Positions 19,324-28,642 of a stretch of DNA of 62,734 nt are shown one piece after another; position 1 is the first letter of the stretch; the number at the start of each line of letters is the position of its first letter. This DNA comes from Alphaproteobacteria bacterium (lineage in GTDB: Bacteria; Pseudomonadota; Alphaproteobacteria; RF32; CAG-239). The notes under the pieces were generated by a model. That model ran no database searches. It was not told the DNA's origin and saw nothing but the letters and a program-made list of their open reading frames with translations. The DNA is taken from the NCBI GenBank assembly GCA_017470585.1, contig JAFUYI010000002.1, forward strand, positions 1 to 62,734, in the 5' to 3' direction. The translations under genes and the position numbers were made by a program.

Positions 19324-19746
19324 ATGAATAGCGAAGAATTTAGTATTGATGCGTTAAAAAATGCCTTGGCAACCTTAAAAAGTTGTTGGGAAGTTTATAA
19401 ACAGAAGAAAGATGACACCTCAATTGCTGATATTGTGGCTGATTCTTGCGTTAAACGTTTTGAATATACTATGGAAACTTCGCTTAAATTAATGCGCAAA
19501 TACCTCAAATTAGCTTATGCCAAAGATGATAAAGAGTTGACAGTCAATAACATCTTTCGTCTTATGGGCGGTTATGATATGATTGAAGATTGGGAAAATT
19601 GGAAACTTTATTACGCTAAACGTAATGATACTTCGCATGAATATAATATTGAAAAAGCAAGGGAATTATTGAAAATTATCCCTCAATTCATCGCTGATAC
19701 CGAGTTTTTGGTAAATAGTTTTGATGAAGCCTCTGCCGGAGCTTAA
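19324..19746 (+). CDS. HEPN-domain protein (HI0074 family), putative toxin
   Basis: VKRFEYTME and R-X4-H motif RNDTSH; adjacent to MNT gene. Confidence 0.87.
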   Translation: MNSEEFSIDALKNALATLKSCWEVYKQKKDDTSIADIVADSCVKRFEYTMETSLKLMRKYLKLAYAKDDKELTVNNIFRLMGGYDMIEDWENWKLYYAKRNDTSHEYNIEKARELLKIIPQFIADTEFLVNSFDEASAGA

Positions 19747-19748
19747 AA

Positions 19749-20045
19749 ATGATAAAAGGTGTTTCGGAAGCCGAAGAAAGTATCGTTAAGTCAATCTTGG
19801 AGCCGTATTCGGCAACATATACTTTCTATTTTTACGGTTCTCGGGTGAAAGGGAAATATTCCAAAGTTTCAGATTTGGATATATTGATTAAAGGTGATGG
19901 TGAAATGCCTTTAGGTGATGTGGAATACTTAAAACAGCAATTTGATGCGAGTTCATTGCCGTATATTGTCAATTTCTGCGACTACCATAAAATTGATACA
20001 CTTTTTTATAAACGAATTGAAAAAGACTTGGTCGAGGTGTTTTAG
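19749..20045 (+). CDS. Minimal nucleotidyltransferase (MNT), putative antitoxin
   Basis: FYGSRVKG...SDLDI motif, 98 aa. Confidence 0.88.
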   Translation: MIKGVSEAEESIVKSILEPYSATYTFYFYGSRVKGKYSKVSDLDILIKGDGEMPLGDVEYLKQQFDASSLPYIVNFCDYHKIDTLFYKRIEKDLVEVF

Positions 20046-20120
20046 TTATGCCCATAAACTCTGTCTTTTTTACGGCACTGCACACCGAGATTTTTCGCCT
20101 CAATGTCAAGTGATAACCGA

Positions 20121-20219
20121 AAAATTTTAACCATTTTCCCTCTGAAAAGTGTCAAAATTTTAACTATTTTCCCTCTGAAAAGTGTAAAAATTTTAACTAT
20201 TTTCCCTCTGAAAAGTGTA
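20121..20219. repeat. 3 x 33-bp tandem repeat
   Basis: AAAATTTTAACYATTTTCCCTCTGAAAAGTGTM at 20121, 20154 and 20187, no spacers. Confidence 0.9.
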
Positions 20220-20269
20220 AAAACAGTTTGTTTTTTATTTGAATTAAAACAAAAAATTCAAAATTTTGC

Positions 20270-20527
20270 TTGATTTTAGGAAAAATGTATGTTACGTTAG
20301 CCTTGAAACGGGTGAAAAGCCGTTTTGAGGTGTGAGAACCTCTTCCATGATGTCCGAAAAAGACATAAAATTTGCTTCTAACCGTACTATGGTTGGAAGG
20401 TCGGGAAATATAAAGAATACCCGGCACTATTTCATGGAATAGTTCTCAACTTCCAACCACCTCGCGGGCTAAAGCCCAACAGGTGGTTTCTTTTTTATAA
20501 CTTTAATAAAAAAAGGAAGTTTTTAAG
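20270..20527 (+). ncRNA. Promoter plus structured leader, copy 5
   Basis: TTGATT-N17-TACGTT with TG; TGAGAAC/GTTCTCA, TTCCATGA/TCATGGAA, TGGTTGGAAG/CTTCCAACCA; AACCACCT/AGGTGGTT plus T tract. Confidence 0.87.
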
Positions 20528-21025
20528 ATGAATAAATATATTTTAATGCTCGGTGTTGCCGCAGTTTCAATAGGCTCGTATTGCGCAATGGCCTCCAACT
20601 CCGCCACAATGCAAGTTAGTGCAACGATTGCTCACGATGTGAGCTTGACTGTTACCCACGCTTTTGAAGGTGGTACCATTACCATTGATCCGAGTCAAAG
20701 TTATGGAATTTTCACCATCGATAGTGATGGAAGTGTAAGAACATCGCAAGGTGTAACCTCCGTAACCGGTGCATCTCGGGGAACTTTTACCGCCAATGTT
20801 CCGGATTCGTGCAAGGAGAGTGATCAGTTTGATGACGGATCGCACCCTTGTTTTTCAACGAATGACCAAATCTCTTTTGGGGGATTTCGGTTTGAAGAGC
20901 CTTACATTTATTATGTTTCCGGCAATAACTTTCAAGTAGGCTTTAATAATATGTTTTACGATGACACCGTTCCCACTCCGGGGGATTACAGCCAAAACAT
21001 AACCATAACCTATACGGCACCGTAA
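20528..21025 (+). CDS. Secreted pilin-like protein, copy 5 (type A)
   Basis: SATMQVSATIAHDVSL, FTANVPDSCK, GDYSQNITITY. Confidence 0.72.
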   Translation: MNKYILMLGVAAVSIGSYCAMASNSATMQVSATIAHDVSLTVTHAFEGGTITIDPSQSYGIFTIDSDGSVRTSQGVTSVTGASRGTFTANVPDSCKESDQFDDGSHPCFSTNDQISFGGFRFEEPYIYYVSGNNFQVGFNNMFYDDTVPTPGDYSQNITITYTAP

Positions 21026-21037
21026 TGGTTTATACCA

Positions 21038-21067
21038 AAAGGGGCAGTTCATAAAAACTGCCCCTTT
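21038..21067. terminator. Bidirectional terminator, same sequence as 40798-40829
   Basis: AAAGGGGCAGTT / AACTGCCCCTTT between convergent genes. Confidence 0.8.
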
Positions 21068-21070
21068 ATT

Positions 21071-21736
21071 TTATTTCATTTTATTCAGGAAATCGGCAAT
21101 ATCTTTCATGGTAAAGAAAATATTTTTTATTCCCAGTGCTTTAACTTTTTCAATATACGAAGGATTATTATTCATTTCACAGCCCAAAAAAGCGATTACG
21201 GTCATTTGAGCTTTAAGTCCTGCCGTCATTCCTGCCAAAGAATCCTCAATCACCACGCAATCTTTGGGCGAATATCCCATTTTTTGCGCGGCAAACAAAA
21301 ACAAGTCCGGTTCCGGTTTGCCTCTTTCCACCATATCCACGGTAAAAATATGTTCAATCGGGATATAACCCTCCAAGCGGGCAGCTTTTATTTTGAGCAA
21401 AGTTTTGGAAAATACGCCTCCGGTAGCAATGCACTGATCAAAGCTTTTATCGGAAAAAATCGCGGTAACTCCCGGGGTCGGCTCCAAACCGTTTTTAATC
21501 TTGGCAACATCGCGGCGCATGGATTCTTCCCAAAAATCATCATCGGTAATGATTCCCATTTTATCCAAAATCTCGCGCTTGGTCTTGTCCGCCATACCGC
21601 CGAAACAGCGATTCACATCGTCAAACGTCCAATTAAGGTTAAACCGCTCGTTTAATAAATCACGTTTGGTTTCAAGCCATAGTTTTTCGGTATCGGAAAC
21701 TACACCGTCAAAATCCCAGATTATCAATTTTTTCAT
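21071..21736 (-). CDS. HAD-family phosphatase (beta-PGM/CbbY-like)
   Basis: WDFDGVVSDTE, GKPEPDLF, VIEDSLAG; start trimmed to 21736. Confidence 0.88.
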   Translation of the reverse strand: MKKLIIWDFDGVVSDTEKLWLETKRDLLNERFNLNWTFDDVNRCFGGMADKTKREILDKMGIITDDDFWEESMRRDVAKIKNGLEPTPGVTAIFSDKSFDQCIATGGVFSKTLLKIKAARLEGYIPIEHIFTVDMVERGKPEPDLFLFAAQKMGYSPKDCVVIEDSLAGMTAGLKAQMTVIAFLGCEMNNNPSYIEKVKALGIKNIFFTMKDIADFLNKMK

Positions 21737-21844
21737 TTTGTTTTGTCTCCTTTTGCAGTCTATTTTAAGCATTATTTATTAAGATTGAATAAAAAACTTG
21801 CGAAAAATCGAAAACGGTTTATAAAGACGAAAGAGGACAAAAAA

Positions 21845-23188
21845 ATGGATAATCGAACAATTTATGCTTTATCAACCGTTTTCGGCAAATCAGGTGTTGC
21901 CGTGGTACGCATTTCGGGTGCGGATGCTTTGCGGGCGGTTGAGATGTTAAGCGATATTGATGTTGCAAAAATCAAACCGCGGTATGCGTATTATGCAAAA
22001 TTGCACGGACTTGACGGCACGCCGCTTGACCGTGCGCTATTGCTTTATTTTAAGGCTCCGCATACTTTTAACGGTGAAGATATTGTCGAGTTTCAGGTTC
22101 ACGGTTCCAAAGCGGTTATTTCCTCAATTCTTTTCAATCTCTCGCAAATTGAGGATTTTCGCCTTGCCGAGCCGGGGGAGTTTTCCAAACGCGCTTTTTA
22201 TAACTCCAAAATGGATTTGACCGAGGCGGAGGGCTTGGCGGATTTGATTGATGCCGAAACATCTCAACAACAAAAATATGCGTTGCGCCAAATGGACGGG
22301 GATTTGAAAGATTTATACACCGGCTGGCGGCAAACCTTGGTAGGCGTTTTGTCCCACTTGGAAGCCTATATTGATTTTCCCGATGAAGAACTGCCGGAAG
22401 ACATCATTTGCGGTATAAATAACACGGTGTTAAAGGTTAAAGAAGAAATAGCCCTGCATATTGCACAAAACAAATTCGGCGAACGCTTGAAAGACGGTTT
22501 CCGCGTTGCTATTATCGGCGAACCCAATGCCGGCAAATCAAGCCTTTTGAATGTGCTGGCCAACCGCAAAGCCGCGATTGTTTCCGATATTCCCGGCACT
22601 ACCCGCGATGCCGTTGATGCCTATATTGACCTGAACGGCTATCCGGTTGTTTTTACCGACACGGCGGGATTGCGCAAAACCGAGGAAAAAATCGAAAAAA
22701 TCGGAGTTGAAATTGCCAAAAACAAGGCTTTTGAGGCGGATTTAATCATTGCTTTGGTTGACGGAACAAAGCCTGATTTTTCAAGTCTGGATTTTATTGC
22801 CAAAGACAAAGACAAAGACAAAATAATTTATGTCATCAACAAAGAAGACAAGCTGACACAAGAACAGTGTTCTGATTATAGGAAACAGGGTTTTTTAATT
22901 ATTTCCGCCAAAGATAAAACCGGAATTGAAAAACTGATAAAAGTTATTACCGACAATATCGCCGAGAGATTTACGGCCAATTCTTCCGCGTTGATTACAA
23001 GACAACGTTATCGGGAGATTTTAAGCGATGTTTTGCAAAACTTAAATCTTTTTGATTTAAGTTCTCCGATTGAATTGTGCGCCGAGGACATAAGACTTGC
23101 CGCCCGCAGTATCGGCAAAATTACCGGAGCGGTGGAAGTTGAGGAAATTTTAGATAATATTTTCGGCAGTTTTTGTATCGGAAAATAA
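21845..23188 (+). CDS. mnmE: tRNA modification GTPase MnmE
   Basis: TIYALST, GEPNAGKSS, GTTRD, DTAG, FCIGK C-terminus. Confidence 0.97.
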   Translation: MDNRTIYALSTVFGKSGVAVVRISGADALRAVEMLSDIDVAKIKPRYAYYAKLHGLDGTPLDRALLLYFKAPHTFNGEDIVEFQVHGSKAVISSILFNLSQIEDFRLAEPGEFSKRAFYNSKMDLTEAEGLADLIDAETSQQQKYALRQMDGDLKDLYTGWRQTLVGVLSHLEAYIDFPDEELPEDIICGINNTVLKVKEEIALHIAQNKFGERLKDGFRVAIIGEPNAGKSSLLNVLANRKAAIVSDIPGTTRDAVDAYIDLNGYPVVFTDTAGLRKTEEKIEKIGVEIAKNKAFEADLIIALVDGTKPDFSSLDFIAKDKDKDKIIYVINKEDKLTQEQCSDYRKQGFLIISAKDKTGIEKLIKVITDNIAERFTANSSALITRQRYREILSDVLQNLNLFDLSSPIELCAEDIRLAARSIGKITGAVEVEEILDNIFGSFCIGK

Positions 23189-23198
23189 AATCCGGTTT

Positions 23199-23873
23199 TT
23201 AGCCCACTTTTTCGGCTTTTAAGATATAAATAACCTTGCCCAAAATTTGCACTTCGCCGATTTGCGCCGTTAAATCACTGTAATGCGGATTATCCGATTT
23301 GATGATAATTTCATTATTTAAGCCGCCTTGCAGACGTTTTACCACCAATCCGGTGGACAGACGCAGCAAAAACATTCCGTCTGAATCGGGAATTATGCGG
23401 GTAATATCAACAAAAACCCAATCCCCTTCTTGAATGGTCGGGGTCATCGAATCGCCTTTAACCGCAATCAATTTAACATTTTCGGGCGAAGTAAGCGAGA
23501 TGTTGCGGAACTCATCAATCGGCATCATCCACTTCCCGTTGACGTTTTCGGTTAAGTTTTCCAATCCGTTGCCGCAGCAAGCCGTAACATCAAGCATATC
23601 AATCGCGACATAATCGAGAAAAATTTTATCCCGCGGGGAAGTGCTTTTATCCGAATAAATTTTAACATCGGATATTTCACTTTCATCCACATCCAAAATT
23701 TTGGCCAGTTTTGCCCGCTGTATTTCTCCCAAACGTTTGGGAGAGCCGCGGTTTATGTATTGAAACAAATATGTTCCGTTCTGCCCGATGGCAAGCGATA
23801 CTTCATTTAATGAAAAGCCCTTTTCTTTAATGCGGCTGTCAATAAATTTGCGAATTTCTTCCGGTGTTCTCAT
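23199..23873 (-). CDS. CI/LexA-like repressor (HTH plus S24 peptidase)
   Basis: N-terminal HTH (SLNEVSLAIGQNGTYLFQYI), VKGDSMTPT Ser and VKRL Lys, SDNP; start trimmed to 23873. Confidence 0.87.
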   Translation of the reverse strand: MRTPEEIRKFIDSRIKEKGFSLNEVSLAIGQNGTYLFQYINRGSPKRLGEIQRAKLAKILDVDESEISDVKIYSDKSTSPRDKIFLDYVAIDMLDVTACCGNGLENLTENVNGKWMMPIDEFRNISLTSPENVKLIAVKGDSMTPTIQEGDWVFVDITRIIPDSDGMFLLRLSTGLVVKRLQGGLNNEIIIKSDNPHYSDLTAQIGEVQILGKVIYILKAEKVG

Positions 23874-23949
23874 TGCATTTTTCCTTTGTGTCGGTATTGT
23901 ACAGCAAAAAAATAATCTTGTAAATAGAAAAAATATTGTAAAAATACTA

Positions 23950-23983
23950 TTGACAATCTTGTAAATAATAACTATATTTACAA
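23950..23983 (+). promoter_or_regulatory. Promoter overlapped by a palindromic operator
   Basis: TTGACA(23950)-N17-TATATT(23973); TTGTAAATA-N7-TATTTACAA at 23959-23983; more TTGTA half-sites at 23896-24005. Confidence 0.7.
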
Positions 23984-24024
23984 TAGTTTTACAATAAAAA
24001 TACAATTAAAATAAGGAAAACAAG

Positions 24025-24420
24025 ATGATTACGTTAAAAGAGAAGAAAGAATCCTTGCAAAAGAAGCTGCGATTTGCCGCCCGTATAATGAGATTATTGC
24101 CGGATGTCAAACGTCCGCGCTTAAAACAGTTTTGGCCGGATATGAAACACGATGATTCCGAAAAAGCCGATTGGGAATCATCTTCACCCCGGCTTCGTCC
24201 CAATCCCCAAGAAATATCCTTAATGGAAAAAATCTTGGAGTGGTACCGCCCGTTGGACGCCTTTGAAACCAAATTGGTTTGGCAGAGGGCTTTGGGTAAG
24301 CCTTGGAAAATTCTTTGCCATGAGCTTGCCCGAAGCCGTTCATCGTTGGCGGCGTGCTACAGCGAAGCCATCAGCAAAATGCTGATTTTCGTTGAGTTTA
24401 ACCGTCTGCAAACGGCGTAA
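24025..24420 (+). CDS. DUF6362-like phage-type regulator with C-terminal HTH
   Basis: AARIMRLLPDV...WP...RPNPQEISLMEKILEW...LVWQRALGKPWKILCHEL; divergent from the repressor. Confidence 0.6.
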   Translation: MITLKEKKESLQKKLRFAARIMRLLPDVKRPRLKQFWPDMKHDDSEKADWESSSPRLRPNPQEISLMEKILEWYRPLDAFETKLVWQRALGKPWKILCHELARSRSSLAACYSEAISKMLIFVEFNRLQTA

Positions 24421-24512
24421 ATTATTATGCGCTATTTTAGAGCATCTTGATATCTAAACATATTCTTCCTACTTGTCGGGCGAAGTAAATCTTCGCCCGA
24501 ATTTCAGACAAT

Positions 24513-24815
24513 CTAATAAGGGATTCGCCTCACGCAGCTGTTTCCGTCATAGCTGTAATTGGCAACTCTTCCGTTGATGATTGTAAAACGGGCATTACAC
24601 CACCTTGTGGAACAATGTCCCTCAAAGCAGCTGAATTTTTTATCTTCATATTGCAGAAAACGTTGTGCCTCGGAGTTATATACGGAAGTAGGATTGCCGA
24701 ATCTTCTTATAAGTTCCGATTCGCTTATTCCGACAGCCGAAGCCAGTCTTTCTTCATAATAATTGACACAGCCGCTGCAAAATATCACTAAAAGCAAAAA
24801 AATATATTTTTTCAT
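24513..24815 (-). CDS. Small lipoprotein under the cassette leader
   Basis: Lipobox CSGC; GISESELIRRFGNP...C-ARF; not homologous to the pilin-like family past the signal peptide. Confidence 0.75.
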   Translation of the reverse strand: MKKYIFLLLVIFCSGCVNYYEERLASAVGISESELIRRFGNPTSVYNSEAQRFLQYEDKKFSCFEGHCSTRWCNARFTIINGRVANYSYDGNSCVRRIPY

Positions 24816-25083
24816 CTCTTAAACTTCCCTTTTTTAAGTTTTCTATTGATAAAAAAGAAAACCACCCGCGGGGATATATCCTGCGAGGTGGCCGGAAGTT
24901 TGTGACTGACTGTTAGCTCAGTGCGAAGTATTTGGGCAAGCCTTATTCCTTCGCCTTCCGACCATATCGGCAGGAAGATTTTTACGTTTTCTTTGGAAAC
25001 GCTAACAGGAGAGGTCACAACACCCCGAAGCGACCTTTAACTCGCTCTGAAATTACCCTACCATAAAAAAATTTTTATGTCAA
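24816..25083 (-). ncRNA. Promoter plus structured leader preceding the lipoprotein gene
   Basis: TTGACA promoter; TTGTGAC/GTCACAA, CTGTTAGC/GCTAACAG, TGGTCGGAAG/CTTCCGGCCA; terminator. Confidence 0.83.
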
Positions 25084-25231
25084 AGAAAAAATTTTGAAAT
25101 TATTCATTTGATTGTGTCTTAAATATATGAATTAAAAAAGTGCGGCTATTTTATTTTTTTTGAATTTTGTGATCTTTGTAAAATATGCCGAAATTAAGCC
25201 CCTTTGATGTTTTCAAAGGGGCTTAAAATTC

Positions 25232-25726
25232 CTAAAGATAATAGTTTATGGTTATTACAGAACTGTAATCTCCGCTTGTTGGGACAGTATTTTCGTCGTA
25301 ACCTATACTGTCATACCAAAATTCAAAAGTATTGCCTGAAACATAGTAGAGATTATAATTACCTAAAGTAATACCTCCGAAATTAAGACTTGTCGGTGTC
25401 GCATTGAAACAATCATAAACATCAGCAGGATCTTTGCATGAATCAGCAACATTGGCAGTAAATCTTCCCCATTGTGTACCGGTTATGGAGATTATGCCGT
25501 CGCCTAAACAATAACCATAACCGCTCCCTTTTGTAACGCAGCTCCCACCTTCGGTATTAGACGGGTCAATAGTTATTGTACCGACATTATAATCTCTGGT
25601 TACTGTTAAACTAACATCGTGTGCGATTGTGGCGGTAACGGTCATTGTCGCCGAATTGCCCGCGTAGGCGCAGTATGAACCTATGTACACCGCGGCAACG
25701 CCGAGCATTAAAATATACTTTTTCAT
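25232..25726 (-). CDS. Secreted pilin-like protein, copy 6 (close paralog of copy 1)
   Basis: Shares RDYNVGTITIDPSNTEGG, ITGTQWGRFTANVADSCK and VPTSGDYSSVITINY with copy 1. Confidence 0.72.
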   Translation of the reverse strand: MKKYILMLGVAAVYIGSYCAYAGNSATMTVTATIAHDVSLTVTRDYNVGTITIDPSNTEGGSCVTKGSGYGYCLGDGIISITGTQWGRFTANVADSCKDPADVYDCFNATPTSLNFGGITLGNYNLYYVSGNTFEFWYDSIGYDENTVPTSGDYSSVITINYYL

Positions 25727-25985
25727 CTTAAAAACTTCCTTTTTTTATTAACGTTATAAAAAACCACCTGTTGGGCTTTAGCCCGCGAGGTGGTTGGAAG
25801 TTCAGAACTGACAGATAGATCAGTGCGAAGTATTTGGCTGAACCTTATTTCTTCACCTTCCAACCGTTATAGCAGGAAGAATTTTTACGTTTTCTTAAAA
25901 ACGCTATCTGAGAGGTTCTGACACCTCAAAACGAGATTTTCCTCGCTTCGATTTTTACCCTATCATAAAAATTTTTTTATGTCAA
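25727..25985 (-). ncRNA. Promoter plus structured leader, copy 6
   Basis: TTGACA-N17-TAGGGT; TCAGAAC/GTTCTGA and CAGATAG/CTATCTG. Confidence 0.85.
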
Positions 25986-26090
25986 AGAAAATTTAAAAAA
26001 AGCCGGCGATTTTTCAATAAAAAAAACATAGTGCTTGCCAAAAGGAATCTTTTGGTTTATTTTGGGTTGCAAATAATGACGAGAAAGAAA

Positions 26091-27197
26091 ATGAATCCGA
26101 CTTCAATTTTAGGCAGATATTTAACCAAGCAGCTCTTGGGGGCCTTTTTAGGCGTACTATTGATGATTATCGGCATAATTTTTATGTTTGATATGATTGA
26201 ACTGTTGCGGCGCACCGCCGAACGTCCGGATGTGGAGTTTTCTTTTATTCTCAAAATGGCTTTTTCCAAACTGCCGCGCACTTTTGAACTGGTCTTTCCT
26301 TTTGTGATGATGATTGCGGCGATGATTACTTTTTGGAAAATCAGCCGCTCCAATGAATTTGTTATTATCCGCGCCGCCGGTGTTTCAATATGGGGTGTTC
26401 TTATCCCGATTTTATCGGCGGTCTTTGTGGTCGGAATGATAAATATTACGGTTATCAACCCGATTTCCTCCTATTTATATGAGGTTTATGAAACTATGGA
26501 TTATCGTTTCAAAACCCGTAATCCTAATGCCGTGTTATTCTCCAACAAAGGACTTTGGATAAGAGAAGCAACCGATGAAGGCAATGTTTTGGTTTTGGAA
26601 GCCAAATCGGTGCGTCAGGAAGATGATGTTTTGGTGTTGCGCACGGTAAGCCTTTTGGAACTCGATGAAAATTCTTTTCTTGTTAAACGTGCGGAGGCAT
26701 ACGCCGCCGAACTCCGCAACGATGAAATCGAAATGAAGGATGTTAAAATCTTTGAGACCGGCAAACCGACCGTAAAAGTCAATAACTATGATTATAAAAC
26801 TACGCTCACCGTTGAACGTATCAAAGAAAATTTTATTGATCCGGAGGCTATTTCTTTTTGGAATTTGCCCGATACAATAGAATTTTACGAAAAATCAGGC
26901 TTTTCGGTCGTAAGGCATAAAATGCGCTATTTGTCTTTGTGGGCATCGCCGTTTTTGTTAATGGCAATGGTTTTGGTGGCGGCGGTTTTTGCCCTGCGCG
27001 GCAGTACCCGCGGCGGAGGCGTGATGTTTTTGATTGTCGGCGGGATTACTACCGGATTCGTGGTTTATTTCTTATCGCAGATAATTTATGCTTTCGGTAT
27101 CAATAACTATATCCCGATTATGCTGGCAGTATGGGCTCCGGCGTTGATTATAACCATGATTTCCTCAACGCTTCTCCTGCATCTTGATGGTAATTGA
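26091..27197 (+). CDS. lptG: LPS export ABC transporter permease (LptG-like)
   Basis: LGRYL, SRSNEFVIIRAAGVS, GLWIRE, AVWAP; six-TM LptF/G layout; start uncertain (26076 or 26091). Confidence 0.8.
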   Translation: MNPTSILGRYLTKQLLGAFLGVLLMIIGIIFMFDMIELLRRTAERPDVEFSFILKMAFSKLPRTFELVFPFVMMIAAMITFWKISRSNEFVIIRAAGVSIWGVLIPILSAVFVVGMINITVINPISSYLYEVYETMDYRFKTRNPNAVLFSNKGLWIREATDEGNVLVLEAKSVRQEDDVLVLRTVSLLELDENSFLVKRAEAYAAELRNDEIEMKDVKIFETGKPTVKVNNYDYKTTLTVERIKENFIDPEAISFWNLPDTIEFYEKSGFSVVRHKMRYLSLWASPFLLMAMVLVAAVFALRGSTRGGGVMFLIVGGITTGFVVYFLSQIIYAFGINNYIPIMLAVWAPALIITMISSTLLLHLDGN

Positions 27198-27286
27198 CAA
27201 TTTTTGACAAAAATGCTTGCTTTTGCGATTTTATGTGTTATTATGAGGGGTAATAATATATTACTAATCCTATAATTTTTTAGCTT

Positions 27287-27964
27287 ATGAAACCGATGAA
27301 TCTTGAAGAATGTACCATTCCCGCAGGAAATGAGTGCATAATTCCGACCTTAAACGAGGCCGTAACCGGATTTGCCAACAAGAAGCTCTATGGAAAGGTG
27401 GAGTTGGTGGTTGCTCAAACCGATAAGGATGATATTATCGGCTGGCAGCTCTGCGATCGCGGGAATTATTATCTGGCAAGTGCTTTCGCCGGTGAGTATT
27501 CCAAAAACGTGAAGAAAGTTGTTGCCTTTGAGAATGATACCATTTTCCGCTACCGCGGACGGCGTTATGCCGCCATCAAACCCAAAAAAGAAAACAACCT
27601 CATCATCCGCGAAATGTTGGGTTATTTCCGCGAGGTTGAAATCAGAGGGCTTCTGGAAACGCAAGGCTATGATGTTGAGGGTGTGGCAATAGCCAAGGTC
27701 TATGACCTTTCCTCTCAAAACCGCTATTTGGGCGCAGCTTGGATAGCAACGCTTCCCGTGCCGGGCGGCACTACGGGGCACATCACGCCGGTTTTCTCCG
27801 ATGATGAGATTAAGTTCGCATCTGCGGAGGTAAACAGCCTGAATTGGGAATTTGTCGATGTCGGCAAAATCATTATGCAGGACTCCGAGGTATGGCAGAT
27901 TTGCAAGAACGACGACGGTCTGTTTCTTAATCGCTCGCCTCTCAAGGTTCTCCGTTGCAACTGA
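27287..27964 (+). CDS. Hypothetical protein
   Basis: 225-aa ORF followed by AAAAACCGGTG/CACCGGTTTTT terminator. Confidence 0.65.
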   Translation: MKPMNLEECTIPAGNECIIPTLNEAVTGFANKKLYGKVELVVAQTDKDDIIGWQLCDRGNYYLASAFAGEYSKNVKKVVAFENDTIFRYRGRRYAAIKPKKENNLIIREMLGYFREVEIRGLLETQGYDVEGVAIAKVYDLSSQNRYLGAAWIATLPVPGGTTGHITPVFSDDEIKFASAEVNSLNWEFVDVGKIIMQDSEVWQICKNDDGLFLNRSPLKVLRCN

Positions 27965-28039
27965 TAAAAAACCGGTGTTCATCACCGGTTTTTTTAATTT
28001 TATATGGATTGCTCTTCCTCCTGCCTCAATTCCCACCCA

Positions 28040-28500
28040 TGAACACCACAAGCTGTCGTCCTGAACCACCAAGCTGTCGTCCTGAACTTGTTTCAGGACC
28101 TCAAGATTCCTAAACAAGTTCGGCATCCTTTCCTTTTTATGTCATCAATGCCGGGCTTGATCGGATTATCCATTCCCCTCACTGACGTCATCAATGCCGT
28201 GCTTGACACGGTATCCAGGTCTATAAATAAGCAAATTGTTTTACCTGGACGCCGCATCAAGTGCGGCGTGACATAGTAGGGGAAGAACGCCGAATAGATA
28301 GGCGGCGTGACATAGGAGAGGAAGGATACCGAAGAGATAGCGGCAGGTGACGGGGAGAATCTTAAAAATAGATTCCTAAATAAGTTCGGATGATAAGGGA
28401 GAGTAAGGTCGTATACCAGTTTTGTCATGCTGAACTTGTTTCAGCATCTATTTTTTGAGATCCTGAAACGAGTTCAGGATTGACAAAGGAGGGTAAGGAT
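28040..28500. repeat. REP/RPE-like palindrome cluster
   Basis: Same motif set as 84-460 and 11036-11370. Confidence 0.8.
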
Positions 28501-28594
28501 GAATACCTCTTTTTACGTTATGCCTATTTTTTGCCGGAGGCAAAAAATTCAAGGCATTTCCCGAAACTTACGCACCATGCCTCCCAAAAACCTC

Positions 28595-28627
28595 ACCCTG
28601 CGGAATCGGATTAAGATTCCGCAGGGT
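28595..28627 (-). terminator. Terminator of copy 7, shared with copy 14 (62665-62697)
   Basis: ACCCTGCGGAAT / ATTCCGCAGGGT. Confidence 0.75.
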
Positions 28628-28642
28628 TTTTGCTGATTTTAA

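Noticed and set aside
20121-20219. CRISPR array
   Set aside because: Repeats are contiguous with no spacers, and no cas genes are present.
23199-24815. Prophage
   Set aside because: Only two regulatory genes; no integrase, replication, structural or lysis genes.
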